64,000 nt of DNA, from NCBI GenBank assembly GCA_043228905.1, contig JBHGNT010000011.1, positions 12,648,001-12,712,000 of the forward strand, in the 5' to 3' direction. The notes under the pieces were generated by a model. The model worked only from the letters and a program-made list of their open reading frames with translations, did not search any database and was not told where the DNA came from. A program made the translations under genes and the position numbers. Of this stretch, positions 58,098 to 64,000 are shown one piece after another (the stretch's first letter is position 1; every line of letters starts with the position of its first letter). Source of the stretch: Azolla caroliniana (Eukaryota > Plantae > Polypodiophyta).

Positions 58098-59687
58098 TTC
58101 ATCTTACCAAAATATTCATTTTTGCATCAAATTTGAGTCATGATAAAGGAATGTAAAAAATAGATAAGGCAATTGACTTGTGGGGTTAATAAAAGATGTA
58201 AAAGGAATTAATAGAACAATGAGATCAAAACCTAAAACTATACTTGAATGCCAAGAAATAATGAAACTGTGGTTAATTTTCTATGTTTTCATTATAATTC
58301 AAACATCGAGCGCTACTTAATTATAAAGCTTTGAAAGTGATGTGTTTTGGGTTTGGCCGGTGGGCATTAATGGTTTTGTTTGCATTTTCTTGTCTTATGT
58401 GTTTGTTTTCACGCATTTCATTCAAGAATAATGTGTACGAAAGTAAAAGTTGGTGTTTTGGTATGGGATTTTGTTGCTCGAGTTAGGGAATTGATAGTTA
58501 TAGGTATCAATAATCACCCTCGTCATTGATAGGCATTTATAGCGTTAGGCTAAGATATGATATTTTCTGCTTTTGAAGGTATGACTTCAAGGGCATTCGT
58601 TTTTCATTAAGGAAAAGTTGACATTTCTATTTTAAAGTTATCTTGGTAGTGGAAATGGAGTTTGTAAAGCCAAAATCGTAAGGAAAACTTGTGAGAGGGG
58701 ACGATCCATAGTAAATTAGCAACAAAGTTATTTTCTTGATGCCAATGTTATAAGTTCCGCTCCTTGATTGGAAATTGAGAATTTAGTGAAGCGACTTTGG
58801 GAATTGAATTTGTAGAAGTAGAAGGTTGGTGTCCATGACCTCAAACGAGGTGTAGAATAGCTTTTATGATTAACAAAGCATGAGATCCATTGCACAAGAC
58901 TTAAATACATAACCTTACAATTGCACAACCATCTCATAGGTAAAAATTGGATGTGCACGTGTGTGTTCATGAGCTAGGAAAACCTTTATCAAGCTCGAAT
59001 TATCAACCCACTTTGCAAGTTAGTTTTCATGAAATCATCCTCTACCCCCTAAAAAAGTGTGAAATTTTGATCGTGTTCTTGTGGGAGTTATAATTTAGAC
59101 CTCAATTCTAATAGTATCGAGTGCTCATATTGACAACAAGCCATAAATTCCTTGTGAGCAATCTCTAAATTTTGTAACATTGTATTATCGATGTTGTTCC
59201 ATTTTGAAATGTAAGCAACACATTCATGTGGAGTGAAGCTAGTCCACATGGAGTGATTTCCCCCTTACGTTGAAATACTTATTTTTTATGCTTTGAACAT
59301 CTCAATATGCACATCCAAGGAGCAAGCCATGGGGTCCACCTAGATTTAATGTCATTTTACTATCAAACATGAAACAAGTATGCATTGGGTTTCCTTCTTC
59401 CAAATGTGCATACATCGGGAGCCACATGTGGGTCCATTTAGATTTTTAGGATATCTTCTTCTTCTTTTTGCAATGCAAATGAGATAAAGCATTCATGAAG
59501 GGTTGACTGTCTTCACCTCGACGTCTCAACACGTGTGCACGCAAGAGCCCAATGGGCTCATTGAATAAATTGACGACATGTTTTTCATACACGTATTCGA
59601 GCGAGGCGAGTATGTACCGGATTTCTTGACTCGGTCTCAATATGCATGTCTTGGGTCCACGTAGATTTCAATGACATATTGACTTGC

Positions 59688-59702
59688 ACATACATACATA
59701 CA

Positions 59703-59735
<33 letters not shown>

Positions 59736-59765
59736 TGTGTCCCTATATGTTAGGAGCACCGCACA

Positions 59766-59796
<31 letters not shown>

Positions 59797-59840
59797 GTTG
59801 TGTCCCTAGATGTTAGGAGCAGCACACATACATACATATA
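59688..59840. repeat. compound (CATA)n microsatellite with duplicated spacer
   Basis: catacata runs separated by ttgtgtcccta.atgttaggagca.c x2. Confidence 0.9.
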
Positions 59841-59944
59841 TACATATCTATATGATAGACTCATGCGTGATATTCGTCGTATTCTCCATCCGTAATATTC
59901 GAGAATACAAAATGACCCCTAGAGGCTAGAATATTACAGAATCA

Positions 59945-60345
59945 TTTGTTTATTTATTTATTATTTAAAAAAAACAAATATTTTTACATCTATTACGAAA
60001 ATATTATTACTCCCCTCTTTAATGCCAGATAAAAATATCAAATTTTGTGGGAGAGTAAAAAGTGAGAGATTAATGAACCTTTTATTTATTATTAAAAAAA
60101 ACAAATACTTTTAAGTTTTGCATCTATGTATTATAAAAATATTATTAGTGTTTTTAATGTTAGATAAAAATATCAAATTTTGTGGGAGAATAAAAAGTGG
60201 GGAATCAATGAACCTTTTATTTATTTATTAAAAAATAAAACAAATACTTTTAAGTTTTATATCTATTATAAAAAAAAGGTGGGGAATTAATAGAACTTTT
60301 TATTTTATTTTGTTTTAAAAATAAAATAAAAACTTTTAAGTTTTG
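59945..60345. repeat. degenerate AT-rich ~120-bp tandem repeats
   Basis: tttatttattattaaaaaa..caaatacttttaagtttt..agataaaaatatcaaattttgtgggaga.taaaaagt recurs 3-4 times. Confidence 0.7.
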
Positions 60346-61343
60346 CAGTCTCATGTTTAATGTGAAGTAAAATATCCCATTTTTATTGTCAATGTCCTAT
60401 TTGTTATAAGTTATAACTTATATGATATATCTAACAAACTAAAAAGCAGGGACTTTATGAACTCTTTTATTCTTATTTTATTTTTACGAATATTTTTTCA
60501 ATGCATTCTTATGCGTGTTAGTATCCATGCGTTTGATAACCCCCACGAATGCGAATATGTCAATCTATGTAGACTATATCTATAGATATATGTGTACATG
60601 TATGTATGAATAGGCGCAGGTCAGTCGGCATGAAAGGGGACAAAGTGTAGATTGTATACCCCTCCCCTCCCCCCCCTCTAGACGTTGAAGAACAAATTGA
60701 TGCTGCCGATATCGCATACTTCAAAGAGAAGGAAGGAGCAAAGAGAAACGGGTATGTATAAATAATGTAATGAAAATGCGAGCAGGGGCCGATGGGGGGT
60801 GGGCGGCCGGACACACAACATATATGTATATGTACATGTAACATAAACAATAGTATGTACAACACAATGGTCCATTGCTTACATGTTAAAAACTTGAAAA
60901 TGTATTTGTGTGTGTGTGTGTGTGTGTTCTTGTTTTTCTTGAAAGGAGTGGAAGTAGATAACCTTTTTTCTATTTTCCATTTCTTCTGATTCTGGATTTC
61001 CCTGCGGATCCATCCCATCCATTCATCGGGTGGTAAGAAATTAAAGAAACACACCCCCCCCCCCCCCCCCCCCCCCCAAATCTCCATCTCCATCTCCATC
61101 TCCATCTCCTTCCTTTCTGATTCTCTTCGTCTGCAATTTTTCCTTCTCCTTCTCCTTCTCCTTCTCCTTCGCCCTCTCTCCCTTGCGAGAAACGAATCGA
61201 CAGAAGTGTAAGCTCGCCGAAGAAAGCCAACACATACCGCAGGAGGAGGACAGATTCAGAACCAAAACAAATAACAAATAACGGACAGGCTTTGTTTTCT
61301 GTTGCTCCCTCCTCTCCCCAAGCCCCAGAATTGAAAAGCTTCC

Positions 61344-61467
61344 ATGGCGTCTTCTCTCCTTTTACGAACCACAGCTTCCTCTTCCTCTTCCTCTTCTATA
61401 CCTTTGGAGCTTCGCCATGGCGGGCTTCCAAAACCTCATGTTTCTCGCTCGTTCTTGGCGAATCCAG
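61344..61467 (+). CDS. first coding exon of an unidentified gene, plastid transit-peptide-like; the gene continues beyond the window
   Basis: TCCATGGCG start, MASSLLLRTTASSSSSSSIPLELRHGGLPKPHVSRSFLANP, donor AG|GTAAGC. Upstream CT-rich 5' UTR and downstream T-rich intron. Confidence 0.65.
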
Positions 61468-64000
61468 GTAAGCAAATTCTCATAAGTCTTCTTCTTTTAG
61501 CATTTTCTATCGGATAAGAACCCCGATGTCTTCACGTTTTCTTTTGCACGATTTGCTAATTATGATTAAAGCATATTCTTCTTCTTCTTCCTCTTCTCTC
61601 TGTAAAGTCTCTCTTTTCGTTTATCCTTTCGATCTGTGTAAGAAGCTAGAGCTGTTCGTTTTGTTCACGTTTTCCCTTCCATTCTTAGCTAATCAAGGGA
61701 AGGGAATTTCTTCATCTTCTTCTGTAATGTGCCTTCCCAAAGAATTTGTATGCAGGAAGAGAGCTAGAGATTCTCTTATTTTCCTGGAAATTCTCTTTCT
61801 TCTGTAACTATTTTATGTCTGGCAGGTAAGAAGCTAGAACAATTTCATATCTCCTCGTATAATTCAGGGCCAATATCTTCTTCTTCTTCTTCTTCTTCTT
61901 CTTCTTCATCTTTCTGTGATCCTCGCTTTTTTCTCATTCTTTGTTAAAATCTCATGTTCTTTTTCTGTGATTTCTCTCATGTTCTGTGGAAGAATTTCCA
62001 TCTATCTCATGTCAAAGCTCTGTTAAAATCTCTTCTTTTTAACTGTCATTTCCCTTGTGTTCTTTGAAAGCGTTTGTAGCTATTACTCAGCTACAGGAGT
62101 TTGATATTTCTTCTCTTAGATTCTTCACTAAAATGTCTTTTTTAGTGTGTTAATTGCCTAGTTTATTTTTAAAGCATTTCTACAGCTAATTAGATGGAGG
62201 GATCTCATGTTTCCTCCTATAAATTCTCCTCTAGAGTTTGGTTTTTTCTGCTTCAGTCTTTTGACATCATTTTGAGCTAGTAAGAAGGTAGACGAGTTTC
62301 CATGCCTCTTCTCATAGTTCCATTTTGTTCCTTGATTTCCGTTGTGTCTTTTGAAAGCATATCTAGATAGTAAGATGCTAGAGGATTTTCACATTTCTTC
62401 TCGTAAAATCTTCGCTAAAGCCTAAAAATTCGTCACTTTTCCCTTTCTTTTTAGCATTCCCAGCTAGGACTTGCAGTTTTCTCAATAGGTAAATTCTCTT
62501 CTTTTTCTCTATAATTTTGCAGAAAATGTAGGAAACTAGAGTTGCTCATCTTTCTCGATTAGGTAAATTCTCTTAGCTTTCCTCTGATTTTCTTGTTTCT
62601 TTAGCAAATCTAGCTTCTTAGAAGCTAGATTCATATGTTGCTAGTAGTTAAACTCTCATCTGTTTTCTATAGTTTGCCTTTTTCCCAGCAGATCAGGCCA
62701 CTAAGAAGCTAGATTGTCATGACTTCTCGTAAGTTCCTCCCAAATCTCTTCTTTTGTGTAATTTTTCTTGTATTTATTGAGCATTTCATGCTTCTCGTGC
62801 ATTTTTTGACAGTCTTTTTTTCTTGACTCTTTTTTTTTCACGCATTTGACTTCCACATGGCTTGTGCATTCGTTGCTAATCTTTTCTGTCGTCTGTAATT
62901 TTCCTTTTTCAAAGATTCTGGTTAGTAATAGCCCAAAGTTTCACTTTTCTTGCACATTCGTCTTTCTTGAATTTCGCTTCTTTTTTTATCATTTTGAGAT
63001 GTTAAAGAATCTATAATTCCAGGTTTCTCCACATTGCTTGTGACTAAATTATAACTTTTTTTTGAATTTCACGTTTTGTGCCTAGCATTTCAGACAGTAA
63101 TAATCCACAGTTTTGCGTTTCTTCCACCTTCTTCGCAAATCACTGTTTTTGTGTAAATTGTCTTCTTAAGCATTTCTGTCTATTAAGAAACTAACATTTC
63201 TTTGTAATTCACTTATTTTTCTGGGAATTTTCGGATTTTTAGCATTTTTTGCTATTAAGAAGATTTTTTTTTTTCTTCTTCCATACTTTAACTCTTTGAT
63301 AAGCATTTCTCATCAGTAAGAAGCAAGAGGTGAAAGATTCTGATCCAGGAATGAATGATAACATGAACAGGTTCTTCTCATGTAAACTTCTACTCACAGA
63401 AGCTTCCATCTACAGTGAAAGAAATACGTCCTTTGCACTCTAGTTCATCCAGGTTAGTCTCACGTGAATTTCTTACTGCTTAGGTTAAAGGCTTCAATTT
63501 TCAGGATTATATATACAGGCTTTAAATTCAGTGTGTATATGCTAGATTCCATGGATGAAAAATTGATAGCTAACTTCTTTGGTGAAATGTCTTGGAGTTT
63601 TTGCTTTAATTATATGTTCCTCCATTGAGTTTAATATTCTTCATCCATGATGTTGAAAGACAATGATGTTTTGCTCTTAGGCAAAAGTCTCTCAATGTTC
63701 CATATATATATTCTTAATTCCTGATGTTTAAGGCTTAGCTCTTAGGTGAAAGCCTGTCAATCTAGCAGATAATATTCTATCTTCTTAAGATGAACTGTCT
63801 AGGATTTGTGTTTTAAATTTTGGCAATGGCATATGCTCATCCATGGATTTTAAGATTCTTTGGCTATTTCTGTTTAAGAGCTTTTGTTGATTTTAAAGCA
63901 GGAGCAAGCATTTTGTATGTAAAGCAGAGGCTAATGCTTTAGGGGATTCTAGTCCTCCTCAAGCTTCAAAAGAACTGAGCCAATTCGAAAAAGTAGTTGA

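Noticed and set aside
60560-61277. Minus-strand ORFs of 78-181 aa
   Set aside because: They translate microsatellites and poly-C in the promoter/5' UTR of the plus-strand gene.

Overview
Eukaryotic land-plant nuclear DNA. A non-seed plant (bryophyte or lycophyte) is suggested, by inference only, from a Tcn1-like gag. Host genes: an intronless PADRE/DUF4228 gene (20-592, -), a 14-exon long-form tRNase Z (44181-54982, +, 862 aa as I spliced it), and the first, transit-peptide-like exon of an unidentified gene (61344-61467). About 5.7-43.3 kb is a retrotransposon island. Its core is three nested Ty3/gypsy elements, each with both LTRs and a target-site duplication (TSD). E1 is 13897-39969 (+, TSD GTAGC). 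E2 sits inside E1 at 18657-35571 (-, 4-bp TSD CCGT, tRNA-Trp primer-binding site (PBS), fungal-like pol). E3 sits inside E2 at 23113-32989 (-, TSD GTTGA, LTRs that look identical, intact 1956-aa Gag-Pol). Chromovirus, copia and MITE remnants surround them. Main discovery: E1 and E3 are related, have unalignable LTRs, and have no polypurine tract (PPT). Two bases before the 3' LTR both instead carry a copy of a tRNA-Arg 3' end (GGGTTCGA-hairpin-GTCCCACRGGCGTGCCA) with a compensatory base change in the hairpin. This is a second, antisense PBS and suggests tRNA-primed plus-strand synthesis. E2 also shows a clear -1 ribosomal frameshift cassette (GGAUUUU-UAG plus pseudoknot) between protease and RT. 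tRNA and family assignments come from my recall of consensus sequences, not from database searches.
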